Below are positions 51,987-60,580 of a stretch of 64,000 nt of DNA, in pieces. This DNA comes from Minisyncoccota bacterium (lineage in GTDB: Bacteria; Patescibacteriota; Minisyncoccia; Phycocordibacterales; UBA5272), in the NCBI GenBank assembly GCA_041651055.1, contig JBAZJW010000001.1, positions 691,702 through 755,701 on the forward strand. Direction: 5' to 3'. A model generated the notes under the pieces. That model saw only the letters and a list, made by a program, of their open reading frames with translations. It ran no database searches and was not told the origin of the DNA. A program made the translations under genes and the position numbers. The stretch's first letter is position 1. Each line of letters opens with the position of its first letter.

Positions 51987-52116
51987 ATATTTATTTGAAA
52001 CGGGCTTCTGTATATACTTTATTTCTCTTTCCTTTTTACTGTTGCCTGTCTTTACACTTCTCTATCCTATCATAAAATAATCCTTCAAGGAAGAAGGCTT
52101 TATTATTAAAAGGTAA

Positions 52117-52443
52117 CTATTGAGGAGTGCTGGTTGCTACCGTTTTTACACCTTGAAATACCTGATCAAATAGCCTTGATTCTGGAAGCTGAGCACGCAA
52201 TACATCAAACTGTTTAAGAGTTTCTTCAATTTTACTTTTGTTATCTGCGACACTCGTAATAACAGGACGCAAGTAGTAGTACGCTCCTCCCAAAGCCCCA
52301 AGGATAATGAGCCAATACAAAAATCGAAATGTGTTCGCAATATGCTGCTGTCTTCGCATACTACGAAGTATCATATTGTTTTGAAGAGTCATCTCGTACA
52401 CCTCTTCTAGTTTTTCTTGGTTACTCAAATCTGATCCTGACAT
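52117..52443 (-). CDS. Hypothetical single-TM protein
   Basis: 108 aa, central TM, TATACT upstream. Confidence 0.75.
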   Translation of the reverse strand: MSGSDLSNQEKLEEVYEMTLQNNMILRSMRRQQHIANTFRFLYWLIILGALGGAYYYLRPVITSVADNKSKIEETLKQFDVLRAQLPESRLFDQVFQGVKTVATSTPQ

Positions 52444-52508
52444 TACTCATAAGTATACCGCATATCACGACCTCACCAAGTGCATAAAATATGCTAGAAT
52501 CTTCACAC

Positions 52509-52580
52509 GCCCTCGTAGTTCAATGGATAGAACAGTTTCGTCCTAAGAAATTGATGTGGGTCCGATTCCTGCCGAGGGCA
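52509..52580 (+). tRNA. tRNA-Arg(CCT)
   Basis: GCCCTCG/CGAGGGC acceptor, GTTTC-GT-CCT-AA-GAAAT, GGTCCGATTCC T-arm. Confidence 0.9.
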
Positions 52581-52765
52581 CTATAAGTAAAACACCTTCA
52601 AGTAATCTTGTGGGTGTTTTACTTATAGCTGTTTATAGGAACAAGTTAGCCTGCGCTGACTTGTGACAGGAATCGGATACGGGGTCGAGGAGTCTCCTGT
52701 TTCGAGTGAAGCGAGAAACGAGACGAGGTGACCGAAAATGTACTCATGGTTCCTGCCGAGGGCAC
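52581..52765 (+). other. Structured tRNA-trailer element, Arg copy
   Basis: Long hairpin, CTGC-loop hairpin, anti-T-arm, TACGGGGTCG..TCGAGTGAAGCGAG..GTGACCG, 16-bp repeat of the tRNA 3' end. Confidence 0.75.
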
Positions 52766-52845
52766 AGTCATGTGAGATAGACCGAGAGGTCTAAGTTTCT
52801 TCAAAATTACCTTAATAACTATTATTAAGGTAAAATTGGTAGTAT

Positions 52846-53373
52846 ATGAAATTCCAAAAAGACATTCTTATTATAGATTTTGAAGGACGAAAAAATCCTG
52901 TGCAAATCGGTGCTGTTCTTCTCGACAAAGAAACACTGGAAGAAAAAGATAGTTTTGTCACATACATTTATGCAGACCTAGAGGGTGATACAGTTCTAAA
53001 ATCGGGTATTACTCAAGAGATGATTAATAATGCCCCCAAACAAGAAGAAGTTGGTAAAATGTTGTATGAAAAGTTTGGGACAGATATTTTTATTGCCTCA
53101 TGGGTACAGAACTTAGATATAACTCACTTTACAAAATTACTTTCCGCCTCCGGTATAGATTTTACTGAAGGAAGAACAAGCTTCACAAAATATGATTTTC
53201 ATATTTTAGATATATGGCCAGCTGCCTATATTCACGCGATAAAGAATGGCTATAAAGGTGGTGTAAATTCAGAAGAAATGTTTCAATACTTTGGAGCAAA
53301 ACCAAGGGGGTTACACAGTGCACTAGAAGATTGCAGAATCACGGCAGAAGTTTTGAGAAAAATCACTTTGTGA
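52846..53373 (+). CDS. DEDDh 3'-5' exonuclease
   Basis: IIDFE, LD, HSALEDC. Confidence 0.85.
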   Translation: MKFQKDILIIDFEGRKNPVQIGAVLLDKETLEEKDSFVTYIYADLEGDTVLKSGITQEMINNAPKQEEVGKMLYEKFGTDIFIASWVQNLDITHFTKLLSASGIDFTEGRTSFTKYDFHILDIWPAAYIHAIKNGYKGGVNSEEMFQYFGAKPRGLHSALEDCRITAEVLRKITL

Positions 53374-53476
53374 ACATAATAACACATGCTAAGTTTTCTA
53401 GAAATATACCCCTGACCGAGGTGGGGAACAAGTAAAACTAAAACCAGTCTTTCGACTGGTTTTAATGTATATATCG

Positions 53477-53600
53477 ATTTAGTCAGAAATTGTCCTAGAT
53501 GCTAGGCGTGGGAAAAGTTTTGTCGGAGACGTACGAATAGTACGTTGACTGAAAAACTTGGGGCCCACAACAACGCAGATGGGATAATTTATGGCTAAAT
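53477..53600 (-). repeat. GTAC-core long imperfect hairpin, copy 6 (minus strand)
   Basis: Reverse complement atttagccataaatt...caacgtac-tattc-gtacgtct...aatttctgactaaat; includes the hsp20 TAG. Confidence 0.8.
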
Positions 53601-54143
53601 ACTCTTTACTTTCAATTTCGTTTGACGTGCCTTATCCACCTTCGGTAATCTAATGATAAGCAATCCATGTTTCTCGACTGCCTCGGCTTCTTCGATCTCT
53701 ACTTCATGTGGAAGGAGAATCGTACGAGTGAACGTTCCCCAATAGAGCTCCTTGTAGAAATAATCATCGTGAGTCACCTGTGTGTTGCCATCGCGACGTC
53801 CTTTAATGGTAACCATATCGCGTGTAATAGAAAGATGAAGGTCTTCTGGTTTTACACCAGCGACCATGGCTTCAATGATAATTTCACTTGGTGTCTGATA
53901 CACGTCGACAGAAAGTTCTCCCTCTTCTAGATCAGGATCAACTTCTTCCATATCTTCATCGAGACTAATATGTCGTGCCTTTGGGCGAGTTGCAGGTACT
54001 TCTGCTTTTTTACCTACATGCTTGATAGGCACTTCCTCCATGTCTTCGTCATCTTCTTGTACGAAGTCAACCTGATCGTCTTCATCGTCAACACTTATTG
54101 AACCAGCGAGACGTTCGAAGAATGATTTTTTTTCTTTAAGCAT
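53595..54143 (-). CDS. Hsp20/alpha-crystallin small heat-shock protein
   Basis: VDVYQT, AGVKPEDL, WGTFTRTILLP, GLLIIRLPK; acidic N-terminus. Confidence 0.92.
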   Translation of the reverse strand: MLKEKKSFFERLAGSISVDDEDDQVDFVQEDDEDMEEVPIKHVGKKAEVPATRPKARHISLDEDMEEVDPDLEEGELSVDVYQTPSEIIIEAMVAGVKPEDLHLSITRDMVTIKGRRDGNTQVTHDDYFYKELYWGTFTRTILLPHEVEIEEAEAVEKHGLLIIRLPKVDKARQTKLKVKSI

Positions 54144-54343
54144 AAATAAATATTACCAGTTAGATGTGTATGCACGCAGTATACCTCTAGTGTTGTCAAT
54201 AAAGGTGAAAAGTTATACACATGTACAGTAGTGGAGAGTGAAGAGGAGAGAGTCCAGAGTAAAATACAAGCGGCGCCGTAGGCGCCGCTTGTATTAATGT
54301 TCTCTCTTGTCTCTTTCCTGTCAACTCTAGATTTATTAATAAT

Positions 54344-56536
54344 TTACCAATTGGTAATTATTAATAAATCGTCCTCGTCTTTCTTAATGTACTTCCAAAT
54401 TTCTTCTGTGATGAACGGCATGAATGGATGAAGTACAATGATTTGTTCACGAAGCAATGTTACAAGAAGTGTTTGCGCACTCGCTTTATCCTTATCTTCT
54501 ACGATGCGTACTTTGTGTGATTCAATAATCTGGTCACAAAATGTCTTCCAGAAGTAGTCGTATATCTTTTGTGAAGCCAAATGTAGGCGATAATTATCAA
54601 GATCAGAGGTAATATCCGCTTTTACTTCTCGCCAAGCATCATACAGTGCCTTGTCTTCCGCAATAAGTTCTACAGAAGTTTCGAAGTCTGTTGTCTTCTC
54701 AAACACAAAGCGTGTGGCATTCCAGATTTTATTGGCAAAGAGTTTGTACGCTTTTACTTTATCTTCCCCCAACTTCAAATCGTTCCCAGGACCATTTCCT
54801 ACAAGAAGGGCCATGCGAAGCGCGTCCGTTCCATATTTCGCAGTGAGGTCGCGAGGGTCAAGTACGTTTCCAAGTGATTTACTCATCTTACGTCCTTGCG
54901 TATCACGCACGAGTCCATGAAGGTATGCATGTTTAAATGGAACCTCGTTGAGTGCATAGGTTGAAAAGAGAATCATGCGTGCAACCCAGAAGAAAATAAT
55001 GTCGTGACCAGTTTCAAGTAGGTCTGTCGGATGGAATGTTTCCATATCTTTTGTTTTCTCTGGCCAACCAAGTGTTGAGAATGTCCACATACCAGAAGAG
55101 AACCATGTATCTAATGTGTCTTCGTCCTGTGCCCAGCCATCTCCCTCCGGAGGGTTAACTCCACAGTAGAGTTCTTTTGCGTTTTGCATCTCGCTTCCAG
55201 CTTCCAGCTTCTCACTGCTAGCTTCTCCCTGTCTATACCAAACAGGAATTCGATGTCCATACCAAATCTGACGAGAAATACACCAGTCGCGAAGATTTTC
55301 TATCCAGTGGAAATATACTTTTTCGAATCTATCTGGAATGATTGTTGTTCCTTTGCTTTCGACAGCTTCACGCATGAGATTCTTCAGTGTCGTTTCTTTA
55401 CCGAAATGAAGGAATGGTTTATTTACAGCGACGAACCATTGGAGTTTTGGTAATGGTTCTATAACACCGCCTGTTCGTTCCGCCGTAGGAATGTTTTGGG
55501 TTACCTCTTCTTCATTAATGAGTAAGTTATTTTCACGAAGCCAGTTCACGATGTAGTCGCGAGCATCGTTCACTTTTTTGCCATTTAATTCTTCATTCTT
55601 TAGTCCGTACATTTTGGCGTACTCATTAATTACTTGTCGTGAAGGTAAATCATGGCGGTCTTTTATTTCCCAGTCGATAGCACTGTGTGCAGGGGTCACG
55701 CCGAGAGCTCCTGTTCCGAAGTCTTTTTCAACAGCTTCGTCTGCGATCACTTTGATGGTAATGGGACATCCCGCGAATATACATTCATATGTCTTACCGA
55801 CGTATTCTTTGTATCGTTCATCATCTGGATGCACCGCCACAGCTACGTCACCAACTTTTGTTTCCGGTCGTGTTGAAGAAATAGCGATAGGGAAGTCAGC
55901 ACTGTACTTGAAGGTATACATAACACCTTTTCGTTCTTCAGCAACAGTTTCATCGTCTGAGATAGTCGTCTGACCTTTCGGATCCCAGTTTACAATACGT
56001 TCTCCACGATAAATAAGTCCATCATCGTACATTTTTTTGAACATCGTACGTACGGCGAGGTTACGTGTATCATCTAAGGTGAAAGCGAGACGTGACCAGT
56101 CGAGTGATGCCCCCATGCTTTTGGTTTGCGAAAGAATCGTGTTTTGACTTTCAAGAGCAAACGCGTTGATACGTGTAAGCATTTCTTCACGACCAATATC
56201 ATGACGAGATTTTCCTTCTTCCTTGAGAAGCTTCTTTTCTACGACGGACTGTGTCGCGATAGCAGCATGATCTGTTCCTGGAAGCCAGAGTGTTTTGTAG
56301 CCTTGCATACGCTTAAACCTCACAAGAGTATCTTGAATAGCGAGCATAATAGCGTGACCCGTATGAAGTGTTCCAGTGACGTTCGGTGGAGGGAGGATGA
56401 CGGTATACGCTTCTTTTCTTTCGCCCGGTAAATTATCAGGATTAAAGTACCCGCTCTTTTCCCACATGTCATAGAGCGGCGCTTCGACAGATGTTGCGTC
56501 GAATGGTTTGGTTAATGATTCTGGAACTTGTTTCAT
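54344..56536 (-). CDS. valS: Valine-tRNA ligase (no C-terminal coiled coil)
   Basis: PPPNVTGTLHTGH, WCISRQIWYGHRIP, DTWFSSG, KMSKS. Confidence 0.97.
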   Translation of the reverse strand: MKQVPESLTKPFDATSVEAPLYDMWEKSGYFNPDNLPGERKEAYTVILPPPNVTGTLHTGHAIMLAIQDTLVRFKRMQGYKTLWLPGTDHAAIATQSVVEKKLLKEEGKSRHDIGREEMLTRINAFALESQNTILSQTKSMGASLDWSRLAFTLDDTRNLAVRTMFKKMYDDGLIYRGERIVNWDPKGQTTISDDETVAEERKGVMYTFKYSADFPIAISSTRPETKVGDVAVAVHPDDERYKEYVGKTYECIFAGCPITIKVIADEAVEKDFGTGALGVTPAHSAIDWEIKDRHDLPSRQVINEYAKMYGLKNEELNGKKVNDARDYIVNWLRENNLLINEEEVTQNIPTAERTGGVIEPLPKLQWFVAVNKPFLHFGKETTLKNLMREAVESKGTTIIPDRFEKVYFHWIENLRDWCISRQIWYGHRIPVWYRQGEASSEKLEAGSEMQNAKELYCGVNPPEGDGWAQDEDTLDTWFSSGMWTFSTLGWPEKTKDMETFHPTDLLETGHDIIFFWVARMILFSTYALNEVPFKHAYLHGLVRDTQGRKMSKSLGNVLDPRDLTAKYGTDALRMALLVGNGPGNDLKLGEDKVKAYKLFANKIWNATRFVFEKTTDFETSVELIAEDKALYDAWREVKADITSDLDNYRLHLASQKIYDYFWKTFCDQIIESHKVRIVEDKDKASAQTLLVTLLREQIIVLHPFMPFITEEIWKYIKKDEDDLLIITNW

Positions 56537-56596
56537 ATATATGTAGTATGGTAGGCTAAACGCTATTGTTATATACATTCATACTACCATAAAGCC

Positions 56597-57127
56597 ATGC
56601 TAAGCAAACAGTCAACCCTCCTCAAAAAAGGATCAAAGAAAGTCATCGAAAAAGTGAAGAAACTCTCGCCGAATACTAAGCAATTACCAGACCACCACTT
56701 TAAGGCAGTGAAAGTGAAGCGTGGATTGGATGGGCTCGGTCTTTTTGCAGAAGAACAAATCAAAAAAGGGGAAATGATTATCGAATATATCGGCAATATT
56801 CTTACCAAAGAAGAGGCGGATAAGAAGACGACAAGTCAGTATCTTTTTGAGGTGAGTAGAAATAAAACTATTGACGGAACGCCGAGATGGAATATTGCAC
56901 GATATTGTAATCATGCGTGCAACGAAGCGGCGAATGCCGAGAGTGATATCACAAAGGGTCGCGTCATCATTAAGGCGATCAAGACCATTAATATAGGCGA
57001 TGAGATTGTGTATGATTACGGAGAAGAGTTTGTGAAAGAGCACATCGCACCGCACGGATGTCGATGTAAAGCAAAAAAGCACGCGTATGGAATGGAGGGA
57101 GGAGATGAGTCAGATGTTAGAAATTAG
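56597..57127 (+). CDS. SET-domain protein-lysine methyltransferase
   Basis: GLGLFA, IEYIG, ARYCNHAC, GDEIVYDYG, post-SET-like CRC. Confidence 0.92.
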   Translation: MLSKQSTLLKKGSKKVIEKVKKLSPNTKQLPDHHFKAVKVKRGLDGLGLFAEEQIKKGEMIIEYIGNILTKEEADKKTTSQYLFEVSRNKTIDGTPRWNIARYCNHACNEAANAESDITKGRVIIKAIKTINIGDEIVYDYGEEFVKEHIAPHGCRCKAKKHAYGMEGGDESDVRN

Positions 57128-57162
57128 ATTTTAGACTTTAGAGTATACAAATACGATATGAG

Positions 57163-57195
57163 ACAAAAAGCGGCCACAAAGTGGCCGCTTTTTGT
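57163..57195. terminator. Intrinsic terminator nested between inverted 7-mer tracts (57117-57245)
   Basis: acaaaaagcggccac-aaa-gtggccgctttttgt. Confidence 0.8.
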
Positions 57196-57293
57196 GTTTT
57201 TGCGTTGTCCTCTAACGTCTAAAATCTAATACCTAAAATCTATACTTGCGAACTCTTCGCATTTGCATATACATACAAAAATAAAAATAAAAG

Positions 57294-57302
57294 TTATCCA
57301 CA
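57294..57302 (+). promoter_or_regulatory. Perfect DnaA-box 9-mer
   Basis: TTATCCACA in the intergenic region upstream of the Lys/Ala-rich peptide gene; single copy, function unproven. Confidence 0.4.
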
Positions 57303-57433
57303 CATTTTGTATGCGTATCTATTGTGTGTGTATGTGTGCGTGACATACTTAGTGTATCGAGAGTAATGATTACGGTCGTGATCATAAATAACATTTATTA
57401 ATACTCTCTGATTTGCATAATAAAAATATATTT

Positions 57434-57547
57434 ATGGCAGCAAAAAAGAAAGCGGTAAAGAAGGTAGCAAAGAAGGCAACAAAGAAAGTTGCAAAGAAGG
57501 CTGCTCCAAAGAAGAAGGCCGCAAAGAAGACAGCAAAGCGCGCGTAA
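57434..57547 (+). CDS. Histone H1-like Lys/Ala-rich basic peptide (37 aa, not in ORF track)
   Basis: MAAKKKAVKKVAKKATKKVAKKAAPKKKAAKKTAKRA*; followed by terminator 57566-57600. Confidence 0.8.
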   Translation: MAAKKKAVKKVAKKATKKVAKKAAPKKKAAKKTAKRA

Positions 57548-57597
57548 TCGCATTTGCCCGTTTCGAATAAATCACCCGCTCCCACGGGTGATTTATT

Positions 57598-57724
57598 TTT
57601 TCTGGGCATAATCATCTCATTTGCTTCGTTGGGTAATATTTTTTCTCCCGCAATGTACTATTCGTACATCTTGGTCGAAAAAATATTACCCGCCTTGCAA
57701 CTAAGACAATTTCTGCCCAGAAAT
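57598..57724 (+). repeat. GTAC-core long imperfect hairpin, copy 7
   Basis: tctgggcataatc...caatgtac-tattc-gtacatct...caatttctgcccaga. Confidence 0.8.
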
Positions 57725-57875
57725 TTTCGAATAAAATCATTCCATAAACAATGACGGTCATTGTTTTTTTGAATATTGAATATTGTCTCCATTATATATT
57801 CCACTCTTTCTTTCTTATTTTGTTCTCTCTAAAAATGAAGGCAAAAGCTTGTAAATATGCTATAATCTATCAACT

Positions 57876-60419
57876 ATGTCTTTCATTACAAAGCTTTTCC
57901 CCGATGAGTCAAAAAAGACCATCAAAAAACTCGAACCCATTGTAAATGAGGTGTTTTCTCACGAAGACGCACTTAAACTTCTTTCAGATACCGAACTCAA
58001 GCATCGCAGTCTCGCACTCAAGGCACGTGTCATGAAAGAAATCGAAGGGCTTACCGGAGATACTCTTAAACATACAGAAAAGAAAGTCCTCGAGGCTGTT
58101 CTTCCAGAAGCCTTCGCTCTTGTCCGTGAGTCTGCTCGTCGCACGCTTCACATGATGCATTACCGTGTGCAAATTATTGGAGGAATTCTTCTTCATCGTG
58201 GTAATATCGCCGAAATGCGTACCGGAGAAGGAAAGACACTTGTTGCGACACTGCCAGCATACCTAAACGCCCTCACTGGTCGTGGTGTGCACATTGTCAC
58301 CGTGAACGACTATCTATCACGTCGTGATGCAGTATGGATGGGGCAAGTATACGACGCTCTCGGTATCACAAGTTCCGTCATTAATCATCAGTCATCATTT
58401 ATGTATGACAGTACACATCTTGATGAAAGCGAACGAAAAGAAGACGATGAAAAGCGTGACGATGTTGGGTCTTACAAAGTCGTGTATGATTTCTTGAAAC
58501 CATGTAGCCGCCAAGAAGCCTACCGTGCGGATATTACCTATGGAACAAACAACGAATTTGGTTTTGATTATTTGAGAGACAATATTGGATACAGTAAAGA
58601 GGCTATAACTCAACACACACATCACTACGCTATCGTGGACGAAATAGACTCCATCTTGATCGACGAAGCACGTACACCGCTTATTATTTCTGCACCAGCT
58701 GCAGAATCGAGCGACATGTACAAGAAGTTCGCAAGCATTGCCATGTCACTTGTCGAAGCAGAGGACTATACTGTCGATGAAAAGCAGCGCGCTATTTCTC
58801 TTTCTGAGTCCGGTATCAATAAAGCCGAAGAAATGCTCGGCATTACGAATATTTATTCTGTTGAAGGAATGAAGTATGTGCATCATTTGGAAACTGCTGT
58901 CAAAGCAAAGGCATTATTTATTCGTGAACGCGAATATGTGGTCAAAGATGGCGAAGTGATCATCGTGGATGAGTTCACAGGACGTATGCAGCCGGGGCGT
59001 CGTTGGTCAGATGGGCTTCATCAGGCTGTCGAAGCAAAAGAAGGAACAAAGATCGAACAAGAGTCTCGTACACTTGCGTCTATTACGTTCCAGAATTACT
59101 TCCGTTTTTATGAAAAGTTGGCAGGCATGACAGGGACTGCCGAGACATCAAAAGAAGAATTCTATAAAGTGTACGGACTTGTGGTAACTCCTGTGCCAAC
59201 ACACAATCCGATTCACCGTAAAGATCACAATGATTTTATTTTCCAAACAGAAAAAGGAAAGTGGCAAGCGCTCGCTCGTAAGGTGAAAGAACTTCATGAA
59301 AAAGGTCAGCCGGTACTCATCGGAACCATTTCTATTGAAAAGAACGAAGCGGTTTCGAAGTATCTCGAACATGCAGGTGTTCCTCATGCTGTGCTCAATG
59401 CGAAGAACCATGAGAACGAAGGGGCTATCATCGTGGAAGCTGGAAAGAAAGGTGCGGTGACTATCGCTACCAACATGGCCGGTCGTGGAGTGGACATCAA
59501 GCTTGGTGGTCCACAGGCGACAGATGCAGAACGAGAAGTAGTACTCGCACAAGGCGGCCTCTTTGTGATCGGTACAGAGCGTCATGAAGCTCGCCGTATC
59601 GACAATCAGTTGCGTGGTCGTTCAGGACGACAGGGTGATGTGGGAGAAACACAGTTCTTCGTATCACTTGAAGACGATCTCATGCGTGTGTTTGGTTCAA
59701 GTAATATTAAGTCTATGATGGGGCGCTTTGGTATTCCAGAAGACGAGCCGGTCTCGAGCAAGCTCGTATCACGCGCACTTGAATCAGCTCAAGAAAAGAT
59801 TGAAGGATTCCACTTCGACACTCGTAAGCACACACTTCAGTACGATGACGTGCTTAATCATCAGCGTACAAGTATTTATGCGAAGCGTCGCAGGATTTTG
59901 TTTGAAGATGAAGCGCTTGTCGATGAAGTTATCGCAGAACTTATTGCAGAAAAACCAGAACTCGAGGCAGTTCTTGCACAGAAAGAAGAAAAGTACAGCC
60001 GTGAAGCAGTGCGTCACATTTTCCGTGTGATGATGCTACAAATTATCGATACGTTGTGGATGGAACATCTCGATGCGATGGAGCATTTGCGAAATAGTGT
60101 GAACCTTCGCGCCTATGGTCAGCGTGATCCTTTGGTTGAATACAAAAAAGAAGGCTTGCGAGCATTCCGTTCACTTGAAAGTTCACTTCGTGCTGAGCTT
60201 ACTATGTTTATCGAAAACTTGGATGGATTCTTCGCATCACAGCAAGCAATTGCGAATCAGCAGTTTGTTCCTGTTATTCCAGGAGATGGTAAGACTGAGG
60301 CGATTGAACAGGGAAAGATCGGAAGAAATGATCCTTGTCCATGTGGTAGCGGAAAGAAATGGAAGAAGTGCGGCGAATTGAATACCAACGAGCATCAGAC
60401 GTTGATGATGAAAAGTTAG
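57876..60419 (+). CDS. secA: Preprotein translocase ATPase SecA with SEC-C motif
   Basis: MRTGEGKT, VDEIDSILIDEARTPL, TNMAGRG, GRNDPCPCGSGKKWKKC. Confidence 0.98.
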   Translation: MSFITKLFPDESKKTIKKLEPIVNEVFSHEDALKLLSDTELKHRSLALKARVMKEIEGLTGDTLKHTEKKVLEAVLPEAFALVRESARRTLHMMHYRVQIIGGILLHRGNIAEMRTGEGKTLVATLPAYLNALTGRGVHIVTVNDYLSRRDAVWMGQVYDALGITSSVINHQSSFMYDSTHLDESERKEDDEKRDDVGSYKVVYDFLKPCSRQEAYRADITYGTNNEFGFDYLRDNIGYSKEAITQHTHHYAIVDEIDSILIDEARTPLIISAPAAESSDMYKKFASIAMSLVEAEDYTVDEKQRAISLSESGINKAEEMLGITNIYSVEGMKYVHHLETAVKAKALFIREREYVVKDGEVIIVDEFTGRMQPGRRWSDGLHQAVEAKEGTKIEQESRTLASITFQNYFRFYEKLAGMTGTAETSKEEFYKVYGLVVTPVPTHNPIHRKDHNDFIFQTEKGKWQALARKVKELHEKGQPVLIGTISIEKNEAVSKYLEHAGVPHAVLNAKNHENEGAIIVEAGKKGAVTIATNMAGRGVDIKLGGPQATDAEREVVLAQGGLFVIGTERHEARRIDNQLRGRSGRQGDVGETQFFVSLEDDLMRVFGSSNIKSMMGRFGIPEDEPVSSKLVSRALESAQEKIEGFHFDTRKHTLQYDDVLNHQRTSIYAKRRRILFEDEALVDEVIAELIAEKPELEAVLAQKEEKYSREAVRHIFRVMMLQIIDTLWMEHLDAMEHLRNSVNLRAYGQRDPLVEYKKEGLRAFRSLESSLRAELTMFIENLDGFFASQQAIANQQFVPVIPGDGKTEAIEQGKIGRNDPCPCGSGKKWKKCGELNTNEHQTLMMKS

Positions 60420-60580
60420 AAGCTAAAGGACGGAAGCTAGAAGAGAGAAGTTGGAAGTGGAAAGCTGGAAGCGGGGAAAATACAAAACAAGAAGTGACGC
60501 CGTAGGCGCAGCTTCTTGTGCTATAATTTTAGTATCCGCATTATCTAATGTCTAAAAGCTAATATCTAACATCTGGCCCT
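60417..60580. repeat. Inverted 7-mer periodic tracts around a hairpin, ending near the murF ATG
   Basis: tagaagc taaagga cggaagc tagaaga gagaagt tggaagt ... tctaatg tctaaaa gctaata tctaaca. Confidence 0.7.

Noticed and set aside
51772-52080. 102-aa ORF (also 62642-62842)
   Set aside because: These overlap tRNA-Phe or the tRNA-Glu trailer and show no protein motifs.
54213-57302. DnaA-box-like 9-mers (54213, 57294) as oriC
   Set aside because: Isolated single boxes with no cluster and no dnaA/dnaN nearby.
57382-57615. Minus-strand 77-aa Phe/Ala-rich ORF
   Set aside because: Antisense shadow of the Lys/Ala-rich peptide on the plus strand, which has the terminator.
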